In this document: positions 1 through 8,710 of the stretch, in pieces
Layout: each line of letters begins with the position of its first letter
Numbering within the stretch: position 1 is the first letter of the stretch
Source: a virus
Taxonomy: Duplodnaviria; Caudoviricetes
Virus record (IMG/VR): IMGVR_UViG_3300033067_001904
Location: 1-58,857 of that record
Reading direction: 5' to 3' (one strand)
Length of the DNA stretch: 58,857 nt
Position numbers and translations under genes: made by a program
Notes under the pieces: generated by a model
Database searches by the model: none
Seen by the model: only the letters and a program-made list of their open reading frames with translations
Told to the model about the DNA's origin: nothing

Positions 1-119
1 ACGGCGGTCACGCACGCTGCGAACCACACGATGTAGCTGCCCTTGAGGTTGACCCCACCGATCTTGAGTTCGGTGGATGCGAGATCGACCTTGTCGGTTG
101 GCTTGTTCTCTTCAGCCAT
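1..119 (-). CDS. Membrane-anchored phage protein, partial (runs off left edge)
   Basis: Read by hand: MAEENKPTDKVDLASTELKIGGVNLKGSYIVWFAACVTA...; its ATG overlaps the stop of the upstream gene (TGATG). Confidence 0.7.
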   Translation of the reverse strand, partial: MAEENKPTDKVDLASTELKIGGVNLKGSYIVWFAACVTA

Positions 120-943
120 CATGGGTTCCCGTATGGGTTCACGACGCTGGTGTAGAACGCATTCGAGCCTTGGGTGAACTGATTCAACATGCCCTCTTGC
201 GTAATCTGCAAGCCATCGGCCCAAGCCAACGTGATCGCGGTGTTGGCGTATGCCGCCGTCGTCTGCACGTAGTTCAGGTCTTTCGCGTAGGCGTTCACGA
301 AGTTGTCCACGTTCGATGTGAGCGTCACGTTCTGAGCGGCACGCATGAACAAAGCCGCCTGTGAGGCGTAGCTGTTCACGTTTGCCAAGCTGGTGTTGTA
401 GGCGCTCACCTGTTGGGTGCTCACCTCGCTGCTCAGGCCTGCATTCAGGATCGCCGTCTGCGTGACCCGGGCGGTGGGCACATCGGTGATCGCCGAAACC
501 ATCTGGTTCACCGTGACCACCTTCTGAAGGTCGAAGGTGGCAGCAGCCAGATCGGAGATCGAGGCCCGCATACTCGCCAAATTGTTCGAGGCCTGCGTCT
601 CGAAGTATTGGCGCGAGCCGTTGAAATTGGTGCTGTTGAAGGCCAACGCTGCCGAGTTGTACGTGGTGCGCTGCGCCTCGCTGATCGTCGCAGTCTGGTA
701 GGCCGTTGGATCGACGATCGTGCCGTTGGTGGCCGATGTGGAGAGCGCTGCGCTAAATCGCGTGCCGAGGGCCAGTTGGCCCTTGATATCGCTACTGGCG
801 CTGGTCAGGTTTGTCACCACCTGCCGCTGGCTGGGCATCAACGTTTGTGCGCTTGCTTGCCCTGAAGCGATCAGAAAGAGAGCCGCCGTCATCAGCACGA
901 ATGCCAGCAGCGAGTGAAATGGGTTTGAGCGGTTGAATTGCAT
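119..943 (-). CDS. Secreted alpha-helical protein, Ala/Ser/Thr-rich
   Basis: Start MQFNRS with GAGG upstream; signal peptide ending ASA-Q. Confidence 0.75.
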   Translation of the reverse strand: MQFNRSNPFHSLLAFVLMTAALFLIASGQASAQTLMPSQRQVVTNLTSASSDIKGQLALGTRFSAALSTSATNGTIVDPTAYQTATISEAQRTTYNSAALAFNSTNFNGSRQYFETQASNNLASMRASISDLAAATFDLQKVVTVNQMVSAITDVPTARVTQTAILNAGLSSEVSTQQVSAYNTSLANVNSYASQAALFMRAAQNVTLTSNVDNFVNAYAKDLNYVQTTAAYANTAITLAWADGLQITQEGMLNQFTQGSNAFYTSVVNPYGNP

Positions 944-1454
944 AGTCGGGCCTCGATTCGGGGTTCTGTTGCCAAAGCAAAGTAGCTTGCTTCCCGATCG
1001 CCCCGAGATAAGGGCAGGGTGTTCCAGCCATTGCCATTGCTTGAAACACACGGGCGTCTTGGCAGAGCGTCGCCACGGCGGCAACCTTCAAGCCAAACTC
1101 GTTGAGTGTTTTGGCGAGCTTCAGAAGTTCGCACTGGTCGTCACGCTTGTACGTGCCGCCACTGATCCCGATTATCGAGCTACTGACTGCCCCGGAAATG
1201 CCGATGAGGCAGCTATCAGAGCCTCCACCCATGAATGTCGGGGCCATCGCCGTCGGTGGGGGCGTGTGCGTGCCCGGGGCTGGCCCGTTGTAGGTGTTCG
1301 AGGTGCTGGTCGTGGGATTGTTCGAGTTGTTGTTGTTGGTGATGTTGCTGCCTTGCTGGTTCGTGGACAGGTTATCCACGGTGGCCGAGTTCTGGCCGTA
1401 AGTTGTCCCTGTCGCGAACGCAACAAGGACGATCAGCAAGGCCTTGGGGGCCAT
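792..1454 (-). CDS. Secreted Cys-containing phage protein of unknown function
   Basis: MAPKALLIVLVAFATGTTYG signal peptide; Asn/Thr-rich linker; PPPTA...DSC...C...LC...GTPCP core. Confidence 0.8.
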   Translation of the reverse strand: MAPKALLIVLVAFATGTTYGQNSATVDNLSTNQQGSNITNNNNSNNPTTSTSNTYNGPAPGTHTPPPTAMAPTFMGGGSDSCLIGISGAVSSSIIGISGGTYKRDDQCELLKLAKTLNEFGLKVAAVATLCQDARVFQAMAMAGTPCPYLGAIGKQATLLWQQNPESRPDYAIQPLKPISLAAGIRADDGGSLSDRFRASKRTNVDAQPAAGGDKPDQRQ

Positions 1455-1690
1455 CACCGGCCATTCAGGAACGGCAGAAACTTCGCGATCAGGCCACCCG
1501 CAGCCGCAGAGCACCCGGCCACCCACATCAGGGTTCGCCAGCCGCCCTTGGCTTCGGAAAGCGTCTCACTGATCTGATCCAACTTGGAAAACATGCGCCG
1601 AAGATCGGCCTTCATCTCTTGCATATCGCGCTCGAGCGCTTCGATCTGTGCGTCGTGTTTTCCTAAGTCGCGTTGGAGTTCTGCGGTCAT
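1454..1690 (-). CDS. Small coiled-coil protein with C-terminal TM helix (holin/XhlA-like)
   Basis: Heptad-like N-terminus followed by GGWRTLMWVAGCSAAAGGLIAKFL. Confidence 0.6.
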   Translation of the reverse strand: MTAELQRDLGKHDAQIEALERDMQEMKADLRRMFSKLDQISETLSEAKGGWRTLMWVAGCSAAAGGLIAKFLPFLNGR

Positions 1691-1724
1691 GCTGCGGGTC
1701 TTTCGTGTTGCTTGTAAAACGGGA

Positions 1725-1892
1725 TCACTGAGGTGTTGGCTCGGCTGGTGCTTCCACCTCGATCGGCGTCCAGCCGCCTTCGATTGCTGCCTCAGCCGTG
1801 GCGTCCTGAGCGGTTCGCGTTGTGAAGTCGGAGAGGCGAATGCGCTCAGGCAGTTGTTCGTAACGGTTGCCCCAAGGGTCGATCCAAGCCAT
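1725..1892 (-). CDS. 55-aa fibre-assembly-like protein (absent from ORF track)
   Basis: Read by hand: MAWIDPWGNRYEQLPERIRLSDFTTRT...; AAGGA RBS; directly follows the lectin gene. Confidence 0.65.
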   Translation of the reverse strand: MAWIDPWGNRYEQLPERIRLSDFTTRTAQDATAEAAIEGGWTPIEVEAPAEPTPQ

Positions 1893-1901
1893 ATCGTGTC
1901 C

Positions 1902-4712
1902 TTATGCGAGTTGGTTCACGCCGTAAACGGCGTTGGTGACGAAGTTGGGGCCAAAGCCATTGGGTTGCAGAGGCAGTGATGGCACCGTGTGCGTGGCATC
2001 CAGATACAACGGCGAGGCCACGGCACTCACCGCAGCGATATAGCCCGTGAGATGGCTCTGAATTGTGCTGCCGCTGTGCCGTGCGCCGATCATCACCCCA
2101 TTGCCACCGGAATTATCGAAGCCAATGCTTGCGGAAATGGTGGCAACGCTTACCAACGCACCGTTACGATAGAACCGGACTGCGGTTCCGTACCGCACCA
2201 CAGCAACGTGATACCAAGTGTTGGAGTCCCACGTAAGGGCACTTGATACCGCATCAGCGGCAGAGTTGCTGCGCGTCAGGATCAATGCGCCCGTGCTGGT
2301 GATTCCGAAGAACCATCCGGGGAAAGTGCCTTGGGGCGGGTTTGTTCCAAAGAAGGCTTTTTCTGATCCCGTCGCTGTCACTCGAACAAAACATTCAGCC
2401 GTGAAGTTTCCGGTCGAAAAACCCAAACGGGATTGGCCTGCGAGAACGAAATCGAGATAGCGTGATCCGTTGAACTCAAACGATTCAGTCAATCCAGATG
2501 GAGCGGTGGCATTCGTTAAAACGGCGTTACCGCTTGGAGTGCCGATTGCCGTCAATGTTCGTTGGTTGTTCCAGAACGTTGAATCCACCAATCCAAAATT
2601 AGGAACGGTCATCAAGAACTTGGTGTTCGCATCAGCCGTTGGAGCCGAAGCAGGCACAGTGAAATTGCTCGTGTAGAGCGCTTGGCCTACAACAAGTCTT
2701 GCGTAACTCAGGTAGCCGCCAACGAACCCGCCCAGCGATACCGTAGTGGGGGCATAGCTACCTGCATCAGTCCAACTTGCATCGGGAAATGTGGTCGCGT
2801 TGAACGTCGATCCAGTGTTTGTCTGAACCCCATCAACGAAGAACCGCATCACGCCCGATTGCCGGGTGACGGCAATGTGTGTCCACTTGTTGATGAGGTC
2901 TGTTCGCAGAAGAGGAGTAGGGCGGTAGACGGAGTTATTGCGCCATCGCAACCGACCCCCGTTGCCTGAAGAGGTCAGTTCCACTGCGTAGTTGCCACCA
3001 AGGGTGAAGATGGCTCCATCCAAGTTGTTCTGCGTGGTTGCCAAGTACAACCAAACGTCCATCGTGAAGTCTTCAGTGCCGATGGTGAAGAGATCGCGAT
3101 CAGGGTAGGCGGAAGAAACCGTACTGCCGGAAACGAGGGGAAAGTAGTAGCTTCCCGGTGCGGCAGCGCCAAACGGGCTGAATTCCGTTTGGTAGGAAAT
3201 ATTCGATTTCAGTTGGTGTCGACGCGAGGCGGCATCGAGCAACACAGGAGCAGCCACCAACAACATCACGGTGTTTGCAACTGCCGTCATCTTCTCAAGG
3301 GAAGGAAGAAAGTCGCTTGTGTAGAGCGCTGATTTGACGATCCGAAGATCACCGATCCAACCGGCGAAATCGACGGTGCCGTTGTTCGCGTTGTTTTTCG
3401 TTCCAACGGACAGAGGGTAGGAGCCATGCGTCATCGTGGCGGTTTGCGTGGCCGTAGCTTCTTGTTTTCCGTTCAGGAACAACGTCAGCGTGGTGCCGCT
3501 CTTCACGAAAGCAAAGTGATACCAGCAGTTCAACTGAAGCACTGAAGTGCTCGTAAGGGACTGTGTGCTCGTCAATGCCGTGCCCGTGCCGATTCGCGCC
3601 ACCAAGTTCTTAGTGGCATTCACGGTGATGCCGTACTGCGCGTTGCTTGTGTTGTTCTGATAGTCCTTGGCAAATACGATGGTCTCGGTCGCCTTGAACG
3701 CAGTGGCGTAGAACCAGCCTTCGCAAGTCCAATCACCTGTCGTCAGATCAAGTGCGGCACTGTTGTTGACGAACCAGCCATCGATTGAACCGTCAAAGTT
3801 GAACGATCCCGATCCGGGCACCGTTGTGTCCGTTGCGGAGAATGGATTGGCTTGACAAAGAGAAACGCCAGCACCTGCCAATACCGAAAGACCGTTGGTT
3901 CCGCGATTGAAGAAATACGGGCCGTTGCACATCAAAATCCGTGCAAATGCGTCCACGAGAACGGGCGTGGTGTTTGGCGTGAAGTTGGCTGAGTACAGCG
4001 CGTAGCTCGTCGCACGCACGTTAGAGATCATGCCGGTGAACGGGTTCGCCGAAAGACCGGCATTCACACCGATTGCCACGGGGCTGTTGGACGATCGCGG
4101 CGTGATGGTGAGTGGCGCTGTCGTGTAGGTGCCCGCAACGCTCACCGTGATGTTGCTGCCGTTGCGGCCACCTGAGATGTGAACCCAAGTATTGCGCGGC
4201 ACTGTGGCCGTGGACGTTGCGGTCTGCACCACGTTCGTAGCGTCCCAGATTCGCATCGTCACGGTGCGAGCTTGGGTGACCGTGAGGGCGTACCAGCCGT
4301 TGCCGCCGTTGATGAACTTCGAGATGACCTCAGCCCCGTTGATACCGGGAGTGGCGGTGAGATAGACCCACGCTTCAAGCGTGAAGTCGCCACTGAAGTT
4401 CAGAAATCCGATCGAATCGACAACCTGAAGGTAAGAGTTGCTACCGCTGAAGTCGCAAGACCAGTAGCCGTCGGGCCGGTAAGGGCTGGCGCTGCCAACG
4501 GATTGCTGGGCGTTCGACCCAAACTGGTTGTAGATTGTCAGGGCCGAGGGGCTTTCGTCTCGCGGAGCGCGGGAATCGTAGACGACACCGGGAGTGCCGA
4601 CGGCGTTGATGTTGAAGTTCTTCGTGACGGCAGCGACCCCACGAATTCGTGTCACCGATGGAAGAGCGCTCTTTGTGACGAAACCAGAACGGAGTGCGTG
4701 TGCGCCGCTCAT
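1902..4712 (-). CDS. Multi-LamG (concanavalin A-like lectin) receptor-binding protein, about 4 domains
   Basis: Four DFT/DWT/NFT-x-E/D motifs each followed by W-x-H-[IFV]-[SA] and G-x-I/L-x-x-x-R-like motifs. Confidence 0.85.
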   Translation of the reverse strand: MSGAHALRSGFVTKSALPSVTRIRGVAAVTKNFNINAVGTPGVVYDSRAPRDESPSALTIYNQFGSNAQQSVGSASPYRPDGYWSCDFSGSNSYLQVVDSIGFLNFSGDFTLEAWVYLTATPGINGAEVISKFINGGNGWYALTVTQARTVTMRIWDATNVVQTATSTATVPRNTWVHISGGRNGSNITVSVAGTYTTAPLTITPRSSNSPVAIGVNAGLSANPFTGMISNVRATSYALYSANFTPNTTPVLVDAFARILMCNGPYFFNRGTNGLSVLAGAGVSLCQANPFSATDTTVPGSGSFNFDGSIDGWFVNNSAALDLTTGDWTCEGWFYATAFKATETIVFAKDYQNNTSNAQYGITVNATKNLVARIGTGTALTSTQSLTSTSVLQLNCWYHFAFVKSGTTLTLFLNGKQEATATQTATMTHGSYPLSVGTKNNANNGTVDFAGWIGDLRIVKSALYTSDFLPSLEKMTAVANTVMLLVAAPVLLDAASRRHQLKSNISYQTEFSPFGAAAPGSYYFPLVSGSTVSSAYPDRDLFTIGTEDFTMDVWLYLATTQNNLDGAIFTLGGNYAVELTSSGNGGRLRWRNNSVYRPTPLLRTDLINKWTHIAVTRQSGVMRFFVDGVQTNTGSTFNATTFPDASWTDAGSYAPTTVSLGGFVGGYLSYARLVVGQALYTSNFTVPASAPTADANTKFLMTVPNFGLVDSTFWNNQRTLTAIGTPSGNAVLTNATAPSGLTESFEFNGSRYLDFVLAGQSRLGFSTGNFTAECFVRVTATGSEKAFFGTNPPQGTFPGWFFGITSTGALILTRSNSAADAVSSALTWDSNTWYHVAVVRYGTAVRFYRNGALVSVATISASIGFDNSGGNGVMIGARHSGSTIQSHLTGYIAAVSAVASPLYLDATHTVPSLPLQPNGFGPNFVTNAVYGVNQLA

Positions 4713-5047
4713 CAGACGATCTCCACTGCCGAGATGGTGGCGTGCAGGTAGTTGCCAGCGCTTGCCTGAACGCGAATCTTCTCGCCAGCCGAGAGGAAGA
4801 TTTTGTTCGGCACCACTTCAAGCGATGTGTCGGCGGGCACGGGGATCGTGAAGGCGAGGTAGGAGAGCAGCGTGTTGGCCGAGTCCGTCTTCAGCACGGT
4901 GATATCGGCGCTTGCGGTTCCGTTCACGTTTGCCACCAAGATGGAGACCACGATCGCCACCGTGCCTGCCGTGCTGGAGACTTGATAGAGATCGGTGATG
5001 CTTGTGTTGGCAAGCTGTACCTGTGCGTCTTTGAATGTGTTCGCCAT
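4712..5047 (-). CDS. Small beta-rich fibre adaptor protein
   Basis: MANTFK...ILVANVNG...IPVPADTSLEV...KIFL..GEKIRV pattern typical of fibre modules. Confidence 0.7.
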   Translation of the reverse strand: MANTFKDAQVQLANTSITDLYQVSSTAGTVAIVVSILVANVNGTASADITVLKTDSANTLLSYLAFTIPVPADTSLEVVPNKIFLSAGEKIRVQASAGNYLHATISAVEIV

Positions 5048-5050
5048 GAA

Positions 5051-6625
5051 TTACCCCAATGCCAAAGTGAGAGCGATGATTTCGTCGGTGCTGGCCCCTC
5101 CAGCGCCCCCGGAGATCACAATGTCGCCGGAGCCAAGAATGCTGTTGCCGTTGATCGTTTTGATGTTTGTGCCCGACACCAGCGTCGCCTGCGCGTAGCT
5201 GGTGTAGTTCCCGGCATGAAGGACTTGGTTGCCGGTGATCTGCACGGCGTTGCCAAGCGGGTTAAGGTTGAGCGGCTCGCTGCCCCAGCTTTGGATGTAC
5301 TTGTAGCCAACGCCCTTGCCCAGCGTGAGCGAAGTGCCACCGGACGGCGCGGCGGCGCTACTGTTGACATCCAAAATGCCTGTAAGCGTCCCCCCTGCCA
5401 GCGGCAAGTAGCTGCTCAGGGCGCTCGAAGTGATGTACCCGTTTGGGTTCGTCGCGTTGTACGGCGTGAACCCAAGCCCGGTCGTGATCTGGGCGGAGGT
5501 GAGCGTGCCGGTGTACGTGGGCAGATCAGCCGAGGCCAGAGATGCCCCAACGGTAACGCGCCCCTTCGCGTCCACTGTGACCTTCGTGTAAGTGCCCGCT
5601 GTGACGCCGGAGTTCGCAAGCGTCACCGCGATGCTGGTTGCACCCGAGCCGGTGGCATCGCCGCTGAGGGAGATGCTTTGATTGCCGGTGAGGAACGTCG
5701 TCCAGCCCAGCGTGCCGGTGCCGTTCGTGGTGAGAGCCTGTGCGCTGGTGCCGTCCGTGGCGGGCAGTGCCCATGTGAAGCTGCTGTTGACCACCGATGG
5801 GCTGCGAAATCCAACGTAGTTCGAGGTATCGGCGTCCCACAAGCGCATATCGCCGGAGGCTCGAACCGAGAGCGTGCCGTTTGCAGTGATGTTTTGAGCG
5901 CTAAGAATGTTGGCAGAGAAACTGACGAAGTTCGTGCCCTCATAGATTCGCATCTGAGGGGTGCTGCCCACGCCGCCGTCGTAGACCTGAATACCGGCCA
6001 TGAACGTGGTGCCAGAGGTGCCGGAGATCAGCCACGTGGCGTTGTTGCTCGTCCCCATCGTGATGTTGACGCCGCCCGTGTTCACCCCGTTCGTGGTGCC
6101 CCACGATGTGCTCAGGCCTGTGGCGAAAAGGCGAGGCACTGTGACGTTGCCTGTGAAGGTGTCGCCTGCTTTGTCCGAGGGGGAAAACCCCAGCGCCGTG
6201 GTCACATCGCCAGAGGCGAGCGATGCGCCCACCGTGGCTCGCCCGTAGGTATCGACCGTGATCTTCGTGTAGGTACCGGCAGTCACCCCACTGGTGGCGA
6301 GCGCGATCGTGCCCGTCGTGGTAATCGGCCCGCCCGTGAGGCCCGCGCCCGTGGCGATGCTCGTCACCGTACCGCTGCCGGAAGGTGACGAAGGCACAAA
6401 CTTTGTGCCGTCCCATGAGATCAAGCTGCCAGTGGCAATGCCGGTCATGTCCACATCGCCCAGCGCCGAAAGCAGGCCTGCACCCACTTGAACGACGACG
6501 CTTCCGTTGTGGATGTAGATTTTGCGGTCGGCCATGTTCACGCCCAATTCGCCGGAGGCGAGATCGGTCGTGGTGGGCACCTTCGCAGCGGTGGCCGAAC
6601 GTTTGGGCTTAAGGGTGTTTGCCAT
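5051..6625 (-). CDS. Fibre protein with Mtd-N-like N-terminus
   Basis: LKPKRSATAAKVP...LASGELGVN..DRKIY; two SGVTAGTYTK(I/V)TVD.GR repeats; GTNIKTING motif; ends IIALTLALG. Confidence 0.85.
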   Translation of the reverse strand: MANTLKPKRSATAAKVPTTTDLASGELGVNMADRKIYIHNGSVVVQVGAGLLSALGDVDMTGIATGSLISWDGTKFVPSSPSGSGTVTSIATGAGLTGGPITTTGTIALATSGVTAGTYTKITVDTYGRATVGASLASGDVTTALGFSPSDKAGDTFTGNVTVPRLFATGLSTSWGTTNGVNTGGVNITMGTSNNATWLISGTSGTTFMAGIQVYDGGVGSTPQMRIYEGTNFVSFSANILSAQNITANGTLSVRASGDMRLWDADTSNYVGFRSPSVVNSSFTWALPATDGTSAQALTTNGTGTLGWTTFLTGNQSISLSGDATGSGATSIAVTLANSGVTAGTYTKVTVDAKGRVTVGASLASADLPTYTGTLTSAQITTGLGFTPYNATNPNGYITSSALSSYLPLAGGTLTGILDVNSSAAAPSGGTSLTLGKGVGYKYIQSWGSEPLNLNPLGNAVQITGNQVLHAGNYTSYAQATLVSGTNIKTINGNSILGSGDIVISGGAGGASTDEIIALTLALG

Positions 6626-6644
6626 CGGTATTTACCTGAAAGAA

Positions 6645-6664
6645 CCCCCGGTCATTTGCCGGGG
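6645..6664 (-). terminator. Hairpin (weak terminator) between the two fibre genes
   Basis: Minus strand CCCCGG-CAAATGA-CCGGGG followed by GTTCTTTC. Confidence 0.4.
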
Positions 6665-6671
6665 ATCGTGC

Positions 6672-8042
6672 TTAGAACGTGCCGCCGTCGATCGTGCTGT
6701 TCGGATCGAGGTAATCCGTGCCAGCCACTGCCGCCGTGAAGGCGCTGGTTCCGTTGCCCTTCAGGATGCCGGTGAGCGAGGTGGCTCCCGTGCCGCCGTA
6801 GGCCACGCCCACCGTGCTGCCTTGCCACGTGCCCGTGGCGACTGTGCCCAGCGTCGTGATGCTGGTTTGGCCCACGTAGTTGGCGGCAATGTCCACGCCG
6901 CCTGCGCCCACCGTGATGCGGTTGCTTGTGCCCACCACGGCGAACACGTTGCCCGTGAGCGAGAGGCCGTTGCCGTTCAGGTATGAGCCAGCGCTCGAGA
7001 ACTGCGTGAACGCCACGCTTGTGGATTCGAGCGTGCCGCCTGCGTTAACCGTGCAAGTCCAGCCTGAATCAGCCAGAGTGCTGCCTTCCTCCACGAACAC
7101 GAAGGCGGAAACCAGTTCCGTCCATGTGTTCGCATCGGCGCTGCGTGTCCAGCCAGAGGCCGAGGCCACGTAGATGCCGTTCTGGCTGGCGGTGGACTGG
7201 TTCTTCACCAGCACGCGATCGCCAGAGGACACGGCAACGCCATCGATCGTTTGGGTGCCGGAAAGGGTGATGTTGGCCGTGGTGGCAACCTTCACCGAGG
7301 CCTTTACATCAAGGCCTTGGGCTACGCTGTCCACGTAGTTCTTCGTCGCCGCATCCTGTGCGGAAACGGGATCGGCCACGTTGGTGATCTTGAAGCCGCC
7401 GTTCGAAACATCAGCCGTCGGTGCGGTGAGATCGCTGCGCGAGGCGGTAGCGCCAACGGTGACACGGCCCTTCGCATCCACGGTCACCTTGGTGTAGGTG
7501 CCTGCGGTGACGCCGCTCGCGGCCAAGGTGAGCGAGATTGCCGTCGTGCCGCTGCCCGAGGCATCGCCAGAAACGGTGATCGACTGGTTGGCGGTGAGGT
7601 AGCTGGCGGTGTCCAGCGTCCACGTGTTAGCGGCGGTCTTCTTCAGCAGGCCCGATGTGCCAGCCAATGCAGCGATGGCATCGAGGTCGCCATCCCATGC
7701 TTGCACGTTAGAGCCGATGGCAAGGCCCAAGTTCGTGCGAGCCGTGGCGGCATCAGTGGCACCGGTACCGCCGTTGGCGACGGCAACCGAGCCAGTGAGC
7801 TTGGAGGCGGCAAGGGAAGTGATGAACGACGGATTGGCGTAGCTGCCGCTCAACTGCACGGCCCAGCCGGAACCGGCGATAGCCTTGATCTGCGTGGCCG
7901 AGCCGCCTGCGCCGCCCGTGCCGTAGCCGTAGTAAAGAATGTCGTCCTGTTCGTTGTAGGCCAGTTCGGCGTTCTGCAACGATGCCGGAGCGCCCGCTGC
8001 ACCACCTGCGGCGCGTCGCTTGATTCGAATCGGGTTTGCCAT
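6672..8042 (-). CDS. Fibre/head-decoration protein with Mtd-N-like N-terminus
   Basis: IRIKRR...LQNAELAYNE..DILYYG; DAATKNYVD; LSGTQTIDGV..GDRVLVKNQ...NGIY; ends IDGGTF. Confidence 0.85.
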   Translation of the reverse strand: MANPIRIKRRAAGGAAGAPASLQNAELAYNEQDDILYYGYGTGGAGGSATQIKAIAGSGWAVQLSGSYANPSFITSLAASKLTGSVAVANGGTGATDAATARTNLGLAIGSNVQAWDGDLDAIAALAGTSGLLKKTAANTWTLDTASYLTANQSITVSGDASGSGTTAISLTLAASGVTAGTYTKVTVDAKGRVTVGATASRSDLTAPTADVSNGGFKITNVADPVSAQDAATKNYVDSVAQGLDVKASVKVATTANITLSGTQTIDGVAVSSGDRVLVKNQSTASQNGIYVASASGWTRSADANTWTELVSAFVFVEEGSTLADSGWTCTVNAGGTLESTSVAFTQFSSAGSYLNGNGLSLTGNVFAVVGTSNRITVGAGGVDIAANYVGQTSITTLGTVATGTWQGSTVGVAYGGTGATSLTGILKGNGTSAFTAAVAGTDYLDPNSTIDGGTF

Positions 8043-8359
8043 CAGAAATTTCCTCCATCAACGAGATTGGCTTGCGGGTTGTTCACCCATTGGTTGCTTG
8101 AAAAGGCGAGAACGTCACCGTCAGAGAGCGAGCCGCTCAACTGAATCGGGAAGCCCCCAATCAGATTCGGCCCGGGCGCACCGGTTTCGCCGGGTTCGCC
8201 CTGATCGCCTTTGTCGCCCTTTGGGCCGCTTGCAGCCAAACCCGTCTCGATGGAGATCGTGCTGGCGATCACGCTTACATCGACGGAGGTGCCCGCCCAT
8301 GCTTCGGTGATCTCGATGGAGGATGCAGTCCAGTTCTGCTCGATGGTGATGCTGTCCAT
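8042..8359 (-). CDS. Short collagen-like connector protein
   Basis: GPKGDKGDQGEPGETGAPGP Gly-X-Y run; ends LVDGGNF. Confidence 0.8.
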   Translation of the reverse strand: MDSITIEQNWTASSIEITEAWAGTSVDVSVIASTISIETGLAASGPKGDKGDQGEPGETGAPGPNLIGGFPIQLSGSLSDGDVLAFSSNQWVNNPQANLVDGGNF

Positions 8360-8361
8360 GC

Positions 8362-8700
8362 TTACACCCGAGTGACGTCCTGAACCGTGGGGATCACAAA
8401 GGTTTCAGTGGATCGAACCACCCCGCCGTTGCTCACTTGAATGTCGCAGTAGAGATCGGCGTCGGCAGGCCAGTTCTGGGTGCTGCCGGAGACCAATGCG
8501 AGATGAAACTTGCCTGCGTTCGCTACCTGATCGCCGGAAACGGTCACCTGCAACGTTGCGACCAGCACGCCATCCTCAGTGCGAATCTGAGATGCGAAGG
8601 TTTCGCTGGTGATCGCCGTCGGAATGCCGCCCACCTTGTAGGTGGCGGTCAGTCCAAAGGTATCGCCCAACTTCAAGGGCGCGGTGCGGGGGTAAGTCAT
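8362..8700 (-). CDS. BppU-like Ig-fold attachment protein
   Basis: Start MTYPRT; LKLGDTF...SQIR...LYCDIQV...VVRSTETF...VTR pattern. Confidence 0.65.
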   Translation of the reverse strand: MTYPRTAPLKLGDTFGLTATYKVGGIPTAITSETFASQIRTEDGVLVATLQVTVSGDQVANAGKFHLALVSGSTQNWPADADLYCDIQVSNGGVVRSTETFVIPTVQDVTRV

Positions 8701-8710
8701 TCGGAGGGCC

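Noticed and set aside
4694-6388. 564-aa plus-strand ORF, and similar long ORFs at 40198-41580, 41905-42981, 44715-45896 and 54838-56721
   Set aside because: All mirror well-supported minus-strand genes; only the last 55 codons of 54838-56721 may be real
5051-8042. Diversity-generating retroelement suggested by Mtd-N-like domains
   Set aside because: No reverse transcriptase, no C-type lectin variable domain, and no TR/VR pair seen in the window
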